This document shows positions 19,428 through 29,078 of a stretch of DNA of 64,000 bases, piece by piece. This DNA comes from Myxococcales bacterium (lineage in GTDB: Bacteria > Myxococcota_A > UBA9042 > UBA3505): assembly GCA_002728755.1 (NCBI GenBank), contig PBVT01000123.1:538-64537 (forward strand), given 5' to 3'. The notes under the pieces were generated by a model. The model did not search any database and was not told the DNA's origin. It saw nothing but the letters and a program-made list of their open reading frames with translations. Made by a program: the position numbers and the translations under genes. Each line of letters starts with the position of its first letter. Position 1 is the first letter of the stretch.

Positions 19428-20438
19428 ATGCGTGTAGCAGTACTTGGCGCTACGGGTCTGGTCGGTCGAGAGATGGTGCGAATTCTGGAAGACCGCAACT
19501 TTCCTGTGACCGAACTACGCCTCCTGGCGACCGAACGAAGTGCGGGTGAGTTCATCGACTTTCATGACGATCCCAAGCTTGTTGAAGCCACGTCGGCCGA
19601 AGCGTTTGAGGACATCGACCTGGTTCTTTCATCCGCAGGCGGTGGGCCCTCCAAGGCCTGGCTTCCGGTAGCTGTAAAAGCAGGCGCCACCTGTATCGAC
19701 AACTCCAGCGCCTATCGAATGGAGGAAGGTGTTCCACTCGTCATTCCCGAGATCAACGCGGAACATGCTCGCAACCACGAGGGGATTATCGCCAATCCAA
19801 ACTGCTCCACCATTCAGATGGTTATGGCCCTACAGCCCTTGCACGATCTGGCGGGACTGAAGCGGGTGGTTGTCTCCACCTACCAGTCCGTATCCGGTAA
19901 AGGAAAGAGCGCCATAGACGAGCTTCAGGACGAGACCAGTCAGTTGTTGAATGGTATCCCCTACGAGCGCCGTGTTTTCGATCATCAGATCGCCTTCAAT
20001 TGCATTCCTGACATCGATGTTCCCGTCGAAGATGACTATACCCGGGAAGAATGGAAGATGATGGTCGAGACCCGCAAGATCATGGACCTGCCCGATCTGC
20101 CCATAACAGCCACCTGTGTGCGGGTCCCCGTATTCTTTGGGCATGCCGAAGCTGTATTCGTAGAATTTGAGCGTCCGATCGACATCGACGCTGCGCGGGA
20201 AGCATTGAATAGTTTCCCAGGTGTAACGGTGGTGGATGACCTCGCCAATCACGTCTACCCCCACCAAACCGCGACCGCAGAGCGTGATGAGGTCTACGTC
20301 GGCCGCATCCGACCCGACCGGTCCGTGGAACATGGACTAGCCCTATGGGTTGTCTCGGACAACATCCGTAAAGGCGCCGCGTTAAATACGATTCAGATCG
20401 CCGAATGGCTCCGTGATCAGAAGCTTCTCGGTTCCTAG
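19428..20438 (+). CDS. asd: Aspartate-semialdehyde dehydrogenase
   Basis: MRVAVLGATGLVGREM Rossmann N-terminus and the active-site context NCSTIQMV. Length 336 aa. Start taken at the MRV, not at the upstream extension of the track ORF. Confidence 0.93.
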   Translation: MRVAVLGATGLVGREMVRILEDRNFPVTELRLLATERSAGEFIDFHDDPKLVEATSAEAFEDIDLVLSSAGGGPSKAWLPVAVKAGATCIDNSSAYRMEEGVPLVIPEINAEHARNHEGIIANPNCSTIQMVMALQPLHDLAGLKRVVVSTYQSVSGKGKSAIDELQDETSQLLNGIPYERRVFDHQIAFNCIPDIDVPVEDDYTREEWKMMVETRKIMDLPDLPITATCVRVPVFFGHAEAVFVEFERPIDIDAAREALNSFPGVTVVDDLANHVYPHQTATAERDEVYVGRIRPDRSVEHGLALWVVSDNIRKGAALNTIQIAEWLRDQKLLGS

Positions 20439-20534
20439 ATAACGTAATAAATCTCGTCTCCTGGCCCACAACCACTTGACGACATTTCCCGATCCCGGCC
20501 ATGCTGGGTCTCCATTGCCACCAATGAGGGGTCC

Positions 20535-21992
20535 ATGTCCGAACGGCTCGATCTGCTCAGTGAAATTGCCCAGGAAGCGCGTAAGCTCGGCTGTACAGAA
20601 GCCGACCTACGCTACGTAGACCGTCGACTCGAATGGGTCACAGTACGGAACGGCCGCTTGCAGACCTGTTCCGATCTATCCGATGCGGGTGTCGGTGTTC
20701 GTGTTCGTATCGGCCAGGCCACCGGCTACGCGGGCTGCCCAAGCTCCGATCCCAGGGCCCTACGAGAAGGGCTCGCACGAGCGGTCGCTATGGCGAAAGC
20801 CAGTAATACGGTGACGTACGAAACAATGGAGTTCGCGCCGCCCCCGGCCGAGCAGGGCGTCTATATCACCCCCACCCCAGGTGGTGATCCCTTCCAGGTG
20901 CCCCTTGACCAACGTATCGATCGTCTATCCCAGCTGGCTAGCGCACTGAAAACAGACGATCGAATTCAGGTCGCAAACGCGAGCCAGGTGATGATGCGCC
21001 GCCATACACTTCTGGCGACCATGCATGGCTCACGAATCGACCAGACCATCACCTTGAACGGTGGCGGCATGAGCGCCATCGCCGAAGACAACGGCCAGGT
21101 TCAACAACGCAGTTATCCCAAAGATTTCGAAGGAAATGTGCTCCAGGGCGGTGAAGAGGTTTTTGATTCTCTCGATCTACCGGCCCATGTGGATCGCATT
21201 CGTGAAGAAGCTATCGCCCTTTGCCATGCACCACCATGCCCCGAGATGCGCACCGATCTGGTCATCGACACCGACCAGCTTGGACTACAGATTCATGAAT
21301 CCTGTGGCCATCCCACAGAGGCGGACCGGGCACTGCGGGAGGAGCTCTCTCTGGCGGGATCCTCATTCCTCACCCCCGATCTCCTCCAGAAGGAATTCAA
21401 GTACGGTAGCCCCGAGGTGTCCCTGGTTGCGGACTCCACAACTCCTCTGGGACCTGGCACCTTTGGTTGGGATGACGAAGGCGTACCCGCAGGGCAAGTC
21501 GACCTGGTTCGTGACGGTATCTTCCGTGGCTATCTTACGAGTCGAGCCACATCCAAGCGTCTGGGTTGCGATCCCATTGGGGCATGCCGTGCCGAGTCCT
21601 GGCATTCGGAGCCCATCGTACGAATGGTGAATATCAACCTGGAACCCGGATCGGGAGGCTCCCTGGACGATCTCATCGCCGGCACCGATCAGGGACTCCT
21701 TATCCAGACCAATCGTTCCTGGTCGATCGATGACCATCGGCTCAACTTTCAATTCGGCTGCGAGCTCGCCCGAGAGATCAAGGGTGGAAAACTCGGTCAA
21801 CTCTACCGAAACCCGGTCTACACGGGGATCACCCCTGAGTTCTGGGGTAGCTGTGACGCGATCGGTGGTCTACAGGACTGGCGTATGTGGGGTTGGTTCT
21901 TCTGCGGAAAAGGAGATCCCCCCCAGATTATGCATGTCGGCCATGGAACCGCACCGGCTCGATTCCGCAATGTGCAGGTGCGTGCGTCATGA
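20535..21992 (+). CDS. tldD: TldD/PmbA-family metalloprotease (peptidase U62)
   Basis: HESCGHPTEADR (HExxxH-like TldD motif) and a GxC...GDP C-terminus. Paired with a paralogue through an ATGA overlap. Confidence 0.88.
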   Translation: MSERLDLLSEIAQEARKLGCTEADLRYVDRRLEWVTVRNGRLQTCSDLSDAGVGVRVRIGQATGYAGCPSSDPRALREGLARAVAMAKASNTVTYETMEFAPPPAEQGVYITPTPGGDPFQVPLDQRIDRLSQLASALKTDDRIQVANASQVMMRRHTLLATMHGSRIDQTITLNGGGMSAIAEDNGQVQQRSYPKDFEGNVLQGGEEVFDSLDLPAHVDRIREEAIALCHAPPCPEMRTDLVIDTDQLGLQIHESCGHPTEADRALREELSLAGSSFLTPDLLQKEFKYGSPEVSLVADSTTPLGPGTFGWDDEGVPAGQVDLVRDGIFRGYLTSRATSKRLGCDPIGACRAESWHSEPIVRMVNINLEPGSGGSLDDLIAGTDQGLLIQTNRSWSIDDHRLNFQFGCELAREIKGGKLGQLYRNPVYTGITPEFWGSCDAIGGLQDWRMWGWFFCGKGDPPQIMHVGHGTAPARFRNVQVRAS

Positions 21993-23371
21993 CAATTCCC
22001 GTTGTGGATAAAGCCGAAAAGGCCCTACTAGCACTCCAGCCCGATCATTTCTCGTTCTCGGTAAAAGATCTGCGTGGTGAAGTGGTTCGTTATGCGAATA
22101 ACGTGGTCACACAGAGTTCATCGGTGGCAAACCTCCAACTCATTGTTCGCATCTGGGCTGGCGGTGGCGTAGCAGACATTACATTACAGGGTGCAGGGCT
22201 GGAAGATCTGGATAACCAGCTGCGCCACACGATGCAACGGGCGGTGGCCGTCGGACGTACCGGTCTCGGGGAAGACACACCTCCCGACGCCAGCACCGAG
22301 GCGACAGATCTGGCTACGGATTATTCCGATCCGGAGATCCTGGAATGCCTCCGCTCTCCGGGCTACATCACAGATGGTCTGGTCCCCTTCTTTGCTCGTG
22401 CACAGAGTGACCGTGTGGAGTTGGCGGGCCGCCTGGAGCACCGCTCTACGAAGCTCTTTCTGGTCAACAGCAAAGGGCTACGAAAAGACTTCTCCCAGAC
22501 CTGCGCTGAAGCCCAGGTCATCGCGGTCGATGAACATGACGATTATATCTCTGGCTATAGCGCTGGTATCGGCCATAGACGTAGCCATCTTGCGTTGACA
22601 GAGCTCGCGGATCGGGCCGTACAAAAATGTGTACGAGCGCGAACATATGTCGAGGTGGATAAGGGTGCCTACGATGTAATTCTGGAGCCAGAGGCCGTCA
22701 CCGAGGTGCTCGATTGGCTGGGCTCCATCGGGCTGACGGGAAAAAGCCTGGAGGATCGAAGCTCCTTCATGACGGGCCGGGTCGGTGAAACCGTGATGAG
22801 CCCGAATATCACCCTCTCCGACGACGCCTTATGCGACCATGGCCTGGGCCTACCCCAGCCCTTCGATCTGGAAGGGACTCCCAAGCAGCGGGTGGTCTTC
22901 GTAGAGAATGGTGTCGCGAAAGGCGTCGCCTGGGACCGAAATACGGCTCGTCGCGCTGGTTGCCAGAGCACGGGCCATGCCAATAATGGAGACTTCGCTG
23001 GAAACACAGGGCCGACCGTGAACCATCTCGTTCTGGACGGAGGAAACCATACCGAGCAAGACCTCCTCGATCGGGTCGAACGTGGTCTATGGATTACACG
23101 ATTCCATTATGTGAATGGGCTCCTGGATCCCCCCAAAGGCATGATGACCGGGCTTACCCGCGATGGCACATTCCTCATCGAAAACGGAACCCTCGGCCCC
23201 AGTGTGGGTATGCTTCGTTTCACGGATAGTATGATCGAGGCCTTCCAACGCGTGGACGCGCTGACCCGTGAACAACGAGCCGTACGCACAGGATGGAGCG
23301 TACCAAGCGCTGCCATCGTACCGACGGTCTTAATTCGAGGGCTGCAATTTACAGGTAATGCCCGCGGTTAA
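21989..23371 (+). CDS. pmbA: TldD/PmbA-family protein, second subunit (PmbA/TldE-like)
   Basis: Paralogous fold lacking the HExxxH motif, with the characteristic C-terminus (GLWITRFHYVNG...G). Start taken at MTIPVVDKAEKAL, overlapping the tldD stop. Confidence 0.85.
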   Translation: MTIPVVDKAEKALLALQPDHFSFSVKDLRGEVVRYANNVVTQSSSVANLQLIVRIWAGGGVADITLQGAGLEDLDNQLRHTMQRAVAVGRTGLGEDTPPDASTEATDLATDYSDPEILECLRSPGYITDGLVPFFARAQSDRVELAGRLEHRSTKLFLVNSKGLRKDFSQTCAEAQVIAVDEHDDYISGYSAGIGHRRSHLALTELADRAVQKCVRARTYVEVDKGAYDVILEPEAVTEVLDWLGSIGLTGKSLEDRSSFMTGRVGETVMSPNITLSDDALCDHGLGLPQPFDLEGTPKQRVVFVENGVAKGVAWDRNTARRAGCQSTGHANNGDFAGNTGPTVNHLVLDGGNHTEQDLLDRVERGLWITRFHYVNGLLDPPKGMMTGLTRDGTFLIENGTLGPSVGMLRFTDSMIEAFQRVDALTREQRAVRTGWSVPSAAIVPTVLIRGLQFTGNARG

Positions 23372-24153
23372 TCGGTTGCGTTCCCACCGAAGATCGCTTC
23401 GAAAGGTTCGCTGTTCCCATCCATATGTTCGGCTGCAGCTCGTACCCAATCATGGATAAAAGAGCCGGACTTCAGCCCATCTCGGACCGCCTTTGGTAAT
23501 AGAGGAACAAGAGGGCAAGCCAACGACGGTGAGGTGTACGGATTGTAGGCGAGCGCCTCGATCACCGACGGCCGATTCCCCCAGGCACCGTTCTGAAAGA
23601 CGACTTCGAGCACACCGACAGGTACGGGGCGTCGACTGACGATACGAAGAACGTCGGACTCTAATATCCTTGGATTTCGAAGAAGCATCGCGATGACGCT
23701 CGGCTCGGTATCCAGGATAAGCTTCATTCGCATATCCCGATCGGCGGTTCTCGCCAGAGATTTACGACGCCCCAGAGTGATCTCATCCAATTCCGGAAGA
23801 TTATACGCCACTTTGGTACCGATGGACTTCGACTGCTCAATAAAGGCCGTTCGGAGAACTGGATTCCCACTCTGGACAGCGCATATATACGCCTCTTCCC
23901 GGATAGAATAGCTCAACCCCTCGATATCGGAGAGCAGACGAAGGCAGTCCAGATAGACTTCACGTCCTGGTCTCTGATCGCGGCGCTCAAAGGCCAGAAC
24001 GAACAAGGCCACAAACTGCTTGGGGGTCTTCTGCACCAGGTCGAATAGGAACCCCCGCCGAAGCTGCTGTTGTTCCAGCCCACGCAGACGACGAAACAGC
24101 CGATCGACTTCGGTCTGCTCTGCAACTTCTGGTGTATGGGTGTCGGTCTTCAT
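23368..24153 (-). CDS. Hypothetical helical-repeat (HEAT/ARM-like) protein, 261 aa
   Basis: The last gene of the minus-strand cluster. Its start overlaps the stop of the upstream lipoprotein gene. Repetitive helical segments (LLRNPRILESDVLRIVSRRPVPVGVLEVV). Confidence 0.55.
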   Translation of the reverse strand: MKTDTHTPEVAEQTEVDRLFRRLRGLEQQQLRRGFLFDLVQKTPKQFVALFVLAFERRDQRPGREVYLDCLRLLSDIEGLSYSIREEAYICAVQSGNPVLRTAFIEQSKSIGTKVAYNLPELDEITLGRRKSLARTADRDMRMKLILDTEPSVIAMLLRNPRILESDVLRIVSRRPVPVGVLEVVFQNGAWGNRPSVIEALAYNPYTSPSLACPLVPLLPKAVRDGLKSGSFIHDWVRAAAEHMDGNSEPFEAIFGGNATD

Positions 24154-24485
24154 TATCGTTTGGACGTATTCGCCATCTCGTTACAAGCCGCCACCGCTTT
24201 TAGATCCTGGGCCGCCATCACACATGTAGCCATTTTCGGGGTATGAAACGGCTCCCATTTGTTCGTGCACATCTCAACGCACTTGGCCGTTTCGGATTGG
24301 ATCATAGCTTTATCCGACTCCGGCACCTCGCCGGATCGTAAGACCAGATCAGCCGTATGATTACAGACGGTCGTGCAGTCCGTACTCTTCTCGACAGATA
24401 TCTTCGTTTTCGTATGCCCACATCCCAGGCCCAATACAAGACCTGTTGCCAATAGTGCAAGGTGGATACCTGTTCGGTTCAACAC
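24153..24485 (-). CDS. Small Cys-rich lipoprotein of about 110 aa
   Basis: A GTG start at 24485 gives MLNRTGIHLALLATGLVLGLGC-GHTK, a textbook lipobox. The mature part has 8 Cys. The MRKYRMHH extension in the track ORF is treated as spurious. Confidence 0.6.
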   Translation of the reverse strand: MLNRTGIHLALLATGLVLGLGCGHTKTKISVEKSTDCTTVCNHTADLVLRSGEVPESDKAMIQSETAKCVEMCTNKWEPFHTPKMATCVMAAQDLKAVAACNEMANTSKR

Positions 24486-24581
24486 ATCCTCTCCCGTGTC
24501 TTTCGCCAGTAGTGCTGGTCCATGATGAACTGCATTATGATGCATCCTGTATTTCCTCACAACGCAACGAATACCGAGCCT

Positions 24582-26582
24582 TCACCATAGATAGTCTTTG
24601 ACGATGGAGCGTTTGTCGGGCCCGGAAAGAATATGCACCACGCGCAGCTTTTTCAGGGCCAGGGTCGACAGCGATCCCAGAGGAATATATGTGATCTTTT
24701 TTCCCCGCCGGCTTGCATAGGTATGCATCGCGGACGAGGGAGGCTTCTCGGCCACATGTACGACGATGGTGTCGACGCTATAGTCCACCGCCGCCATCAA
24801 AAGCACATCGGGCTTGGACTGTGCCAATCGATAATCCGGATCGGCCCAGACATCAAAGAGTCGCATTCGTGGCCAGCTGAGCATGAACCCGCCATAGGTC
24901 GCACGCATAATGCCGGGCCCAACGATCTGATTCATCGGATTGGTCGTATAGAAGGCCATATCCGATTCCTGATCGTGCTCTCCCAGCCAGGTCATCATAT
25001 GAGGATACCGGGTACCTTCAACATCCGGATCAAAGATCACAACGACCGACCCCGCTTCTCCTTTAACCCGTCCGCGCTCCTGCACATAGATCCGACCGTC
25101 GTGCACATTTCGCATCGTCTCACGGATATCGATTCCGTCGAGCATGCTGGCGCTGAAGGGTTCCGAACGGCTTCGTTCGGCGGAAAGGATCGACACGGCC
25201 TTCTTTTGTAGAAAACGACCGTAATCCTCCAACACAATATCCTCCGGTGGATAGGAGACAATATGGTCGGAATTAAAGCCTCTTAGCCATTCATCTGGGT
25301 TGTCGGTCTCGGGCCGCTCTCGAACCGGTATCCGAACCGGACGCTTTTTGACACGAAAGAAGCGACGTCGAAAGCGAACCTTTCGTGTCCCCAGATCCAG
25401 CTCATCGCCGTCTATACGAACCACAGGAGCGTCCGACTCCTCTCCCTGCCAGGGATATGCAGACGAAGCAGCGAAGACCTCCCAGGCCAGGTTGTCGTCG
25501 GCTACCCCCCGAGCCGAAACAACCCACTCGTATAATCCGCCGAGCAGTCGGCCCTGCACCCGCGCCTGACGGCGGCTATAGTCGAAAAACAAGCGCTTTT
25601 GCCAACCTGCCACCGTTTCAAGGGTCTGGTTTTGATAGGAATGCGTGGCAATATGCCAGACGGCCCGTGCTACTGCCGACCGGTCCAGATACGAAAAGCC
25701 CGGCGCCAGATCCCGGACCGAATGGAAACAGGCATAGGCCACAGCCGCCTTTCGACGCTCCCTGGGGGTTGCGTCTGCGCCCCGGCTGATCAGTTGAAGA
25801 TGTCCCCTCTGTAGAGAGATCCGTTGGGAAGACGCTTCATCAATCTCCGGGGCCTCGGATGGAACCCCTTGATGGAGGGTTTCGTAACAAGCGTGTACCA
25901 GAGGAGGATCCGAAAGAAGCGCTGTAAGACTATCGGGATGGACATGCCGGACCTCGATCTGCGTACGGCGCACTCGAGCCAGAGGCTGGGCAACATCCGA
26001 ATTGATGTCTTCCGCCAGTCGGTGGGCGTGGGCGGCCCCGACCAAGACCAGAACAGGCCCAGTTGTATGCTTCTTGCGAATCGTTTGAATATGGTACGCC
26101 ATACCCTGTTCGCGGCGGCGATCATCGGCGCTGGCACCACTGTCACCACAAAGCTCTGCGATAGTGCTAAGGAAGTCGGCTGGGCCAAGAGTCCATATGG
26201 CGTGCGTATCGGGTACCGGATCCACATGGCGTTCCACATAGCGAATATCGGGATCGATACAGAACATTGGTCGATCGTTTTCCTGTGCCCAACGTGCTGC
26301 AACAGCAAACGGCTCCGCCGGTGTAACGGTCCATACAAGAGCCTCCTCTCCCTCTGGAACGGAGAGAATTAAAGAGATCTCGGGGAGACGTCGAACCGCT
26401 CGTTGCACATGTTTTTCAAAGGTGGTTGGCAGCTCCAAAGCTATCGCGCAGGGCTGCAGTGTCTCTATAACCGCGCGGACCACGGCCCCCATATCGGCGC
26501 TATCATGGACCACTGGGAGTAACCGGACGCCATCCGCAACCTCCGGAGCCAACTTCCCATAGTCCACTGTGGCCGGAACCAT
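24582..26582 (-). CDS. Large uncharacterised protein (666 aa) whose N-terminus resembles the TraB/GumN/Tiki-like domain. It is the partner of the adjacent MoxR-like ATPase.
   Basis: The N-terminus VRLLPVVHDSADMGAVVRAVIETLQPCAIALELP and the later VLVLVGAAHAHRL resemble the GTxH...E...GxxH blocks of the TraB/PrgY/GumN (Tiki) superfamily. No VWA/MIDAS motif was seen. There is a 2-nt gap to the upstream ATPase stop. Confidence 0.7.
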   Translation of the reverse strand: MVPATVDYGKLAPEVADGVRLLPVVHDSADMGAVVRAVIETLQPCAIALELPTTFEKHVQRAVRRLPEISLILSVPEGEEALVWTVTPAEPFAVAARWAQENDRPMFCIDPDIRYVERHVDPVPDTHAIWTLGPADFLSTIAELCGDSGASADDRRREQGMAYHIQTIRKKHTTGPVLVLVGAAHAHRLAEDINSDVAQPLARVRRTQIEVRHVHPDSLTALLSDPPLVHACYETLHQGVPSEAPEIDEASSQRISLQRGHLQLISRGADATPRERRKAAVAYACFHSVRDLAPGFSYLDRSAVARAVWHIATHSYQNQTLETVAGWQKRLFFDYSRRQARVQGRLLGGLYEWVVSARGVADDNLAWEVFAASSAYPWQGEESDAPVVRIDGDELDLGTRKVRFRRRFFRVKKRPVRIPVRERPETDNPDEWLRGFNSDHIVSYPPEDIVLEDYGRFLQKKAVSILSAERSRSEPFSASMLDGIDIRETMRNVHDGRIYVQERGRVKGEAGSVVVIFDPDVEGTRYPHMMTWLGEHDQESDMAFYTTNPMNQIVGPGIMRATYGGFMLSWPRMRLFDVWADPDYRLAQSKPDVLLMAAVDYSVDTIVVHVAEKPPSSAMHTYASRRGKKITYIPLGSLSTLALKKLRVVHILSGPDKRSIVKDYLW

Positions 26583-26584
26583 TC

Positions 26585-27418
26585 TTAGTCCTCCGGCCCC
26601 ACAACACCAATATCATCGGCCGCCAGAGATAAGCGCAGGGCCAGCTGAAACGCTTCACCGGGCGACGCACTCTCTTTTTCGTGAATCAGCTTCATGGCGT
26701 AGCGAACAATGTTAATCCCATCCCGTACCGTATAGCGCAGATCGGCCTCATGAGACGCACTTAAGAACTTCATAACGTAATCGACCACCTCGTTGTCCGC
26801 CCCGGGAACCTGGGATTCGAGAATGGCCCGCTCTTCGTCTGAATCGGGGAAATCCACATAAATCTGTGGCATCAACCGAGAGTGGATGTACTCCGGCACT
26901 TCATAGGTCGACGAATCTTCGTTCATGGTCGTAACGAACCGGAACTCAGGATGCGCGGTGATTTTGATCCCCGCGATCAGACTCTCCACATAGCGCCGGT
27001 AATCGAGAAGAGGAGCCAGACTGGCCCAGGACTTCTCACTCATTCGGTTTCCTTCGTCGAGAATACAGACGCCGCCCTGTACCATGGCCGACACCAACGG
27101 TGACGCCATATACCGAACACTTCCGTCGGGCCCCAGAACAGGAGCAACGATCAGATCTTCGGGGCGAGTATCCATCGTAGCCTGCATAATATAGACATCC
27201 AGGCCCAACTTTGCGGCCGCTGCATAGGCCAGAGTCGTCTTCCCAACGCCGGGTTTTCCCAACAAGCGCGGGTTCAAGGGCAGGTCCTGTTCTCCAATGA
27301 CCGCCCAGGCCGCCAATAATTGCACCAGAACCTCCCGTTGCCCCACCCATTGGGTGTCCAGAACAACTGGCTGGGTCAAATGCAGGTCGACCCCTTCGAT
27401 CGCAACACTTCGTTTCAA
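26585..27418 (-). CDS. MoxR-like AAA+ ATPase (AAA_3/AAA_5 type)
   Basis: Walker A GKPGVGKTTLA, Walker B / sensor context VCILDEGNRMSEKSWASLAPLLD (compare DEINRA...LLEAM of MoxR), and a C-terminal lid. 277 aa. Confidence 0.85.
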   Translation of the reverse strand: MKRSVAIEGVDLHLTQPVVLDTQWVGQREVLVQLLAAWAVIGEQDLPLNPRLLGKPGVGKTTLAYAAAAKLGLDVYIMQATMDTRPEDLIVAPVLGPDGSVRYMASPLVSAMVQGGVCILDEGNRMSEKSWASLAPLLDYRRYVESLIAGIKITAHPEFRFVTTMNEDSSTYEVPEYIHSRLMPQIYVDFPDSDEERAILESQVPGADNEVVDYVMKFLSASHEADLRYTVRDGINIVRYAMKLIHEKESASPGEAFQLALRLSLAADDIGVVGPED

Positions 27419-27455
27419 GATAAGACCTCTCGCTCTTTACGATAGTATACCTGGT

Positions 27456-28331
27456 TCAACCCCGAATCCGTAGACGAATGAGTTCACCTGCGACACGGAG
27501 GATACGACGTACATTGGTGACCTTGGATTGTCCACGCTGTCGGGGTATCGCCGTAATCTCTACCACCCTGTGCTCAACACCACGATCCATGAGGCGAAAG
27601 GGAAGTTCCAGGTTCGCCACGAAAGTCGACGTCTTCGTGGGAGTCTTCTCCACCAGCTCACGACGTACAATCATGGTTCCATTAATACGCGGGTCGTGTC
27701 GAAACATCAGCCGAACCATCGTCTGGAAACCGGCGGAGAGGAATTTCCTATGGGCACCATCCTCTCGCTCCTCATACACGCTCAGCACCATGTCTACATC
27801 GGCCAGATGCGGTAGGAATCGTTCCAATGTCTTGGGCCCAACCTGTCCATCACCAGGCAACTGGGTCACGAAGCAGCCCGTTGCCGCCGCATATCCAGTC
27901 CGAACGGTCGCCCCCATCCCCTTATTGGACTCGTGATGAACCACACGAACGCGCGCGTCGCTTTTCCCCAACGCATCGGCGACATCACCGGTGTCGTCGG
28001 TGGACCCGTCATTCACAATAATCAGCTCACCAAATTCTCCAAACGGGCCCGTACGGTGCTCCAGGAGATCCGGGCAGCAGGCGTAGTCACTCGCCTTTAA
28101 TTCATCGAACCAGCTAAGAACTGCCGACACCTGACTGGAAAGATTCCCTTCCTCGTTATATGCCAGCACAACAACCGATAAGAAGGGAGCCGCTACTCGG
28201 GATGAACTATCATCGGTTGTTTGTTGTTTCTGTATGTTTCCCAAAGTGAATCGTATCCCAAAGGTTCGCGCCAGGCCCAAGAACACAGTAAAATCCCGAT
28301 ATGTGCAAACCATTTTCCACGTATAGACCAA
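27456..28331 (-). CDS. Family 2 glycosyltransferase, dolichyl-phosphate / polyprenyl-phosphate sugar transferase-like
   Basis: LSVVVLAYNEEGNL, IVNDGSTDDT and the DxD-region motifs of GT2. The exact start is uncertain; the first ATG was used. Confidence 0.82.
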   Translation of the reverse strand: MVYTWKMVCTYRDFTVFLGLARTFGIRFTLGNIQKQQTTDDSSSRVAAPFLSVVVLAYNEEGNLSSQVSAVLSWFDELKASDYACCPDLLEHRTGPFGEFGELIIVNDGSTDDTGDVADALGKSDARVRVVHHESNKGMGATVRTGYAAATGCFVTQLPGDGQVGPKTLERFLPHLADVDMVLSVYEEREDGAHRKFLSAGFQTMVRLMFRHDPRINGTMIVRRELVEKTPTKTSTFVANLELPFRLMDRGVEHRVVEITAIPRQRGQSKVTNVRRILRVAGELIRLRIRG

Positions 28332-28350
28332 CGAATCAGGTTCGAATCAC

Positions 28351-29070
28351 ATGACAAGCCGCCTTCTCATCGTATGCGTATTCCTGGCAGGTCTTTCCAC
28401 GACAGCGTATAGCCAACCCCCTGCCACACCGTATCGGCAGCTCCTGGAGCTTCCTTTTGGTAAAGACCGACTTACGAGCATCCAACATGTGCGCGAGGTT
28501 TTTGAGAACGGCCGTTTGACCAGAATCCGAAATACATCGGACCCCGTGAAAAAGGCCGAGATTCGCCGTGACATCAAGAATGTAACGGAGAAACTGGGCA
28601 GTGGGTTGTTCGACACAAGCAAAGAACGCGGTATCTATCGTTTGTCACCCCTTGCTGAATATGTGGCCATCGGCGAGAGCTCTTCTGTCTTTCGAGAGCT
28701 AACGACGGGACGTGAGCGATGGTTACTATTTCATAACGACCGTTTGTACGGCTCGGCCATCAGCCTGGATTCAGAGAGCCCGCTCCCCGAGCAGGTGGCA
28801 GCTCTAAGTGCTCTCTACGGCCGCCCGGATCAATTGCTCCGCGATGCCGACCGTTCCAGCGGGGTTGTGGTCGGCGCGCGCTGGACCGACGGTGACTACA
28901 CAATCGTACTGCGCGCCTTTGATACGGAATACGGAGTACGTCTGGTTCTCAAACTCCACCAGAAATATTGGGCTGACGCCGAGAAGGCCACGAAGAAAAA
29001 TCTACGCGACCGCGGCCCATCCGATAAGGCGGGAGCCGACGAACTCATGGACGAGTTTATTTCTCCCTGA
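28351..29070 (+). CDS. Secreted hypothetical protein
   Basis: Sec signal peptide MTSRLLIVCVFLAGLSTTAYSQP. Transcribed divergently from the GT2 gene. Confidence 0.6.
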   Translation: MTSRLLIVCVFLAGLSTTAYSQPPATPYRQLLELPFGKDRLTSIQHVREVFENGRLTRIRNTSDPVKKAEIRRDIKNVTEKLGSGLFDTSKERGIYRLSPLAEYVAIGESSSVFRELTTGRERWLLFHNDRLYGSAISLDSESPLPEQVAALSALYGRPDQLLRDADRSSGVVVGARWTDGDYTIVLRAFDTEYGVRLVLKLHQKYWADAEKATKKNLRDRGPSDKAGADELMDEFISP

Positions 29071-29078
29071 CAGCGCCC

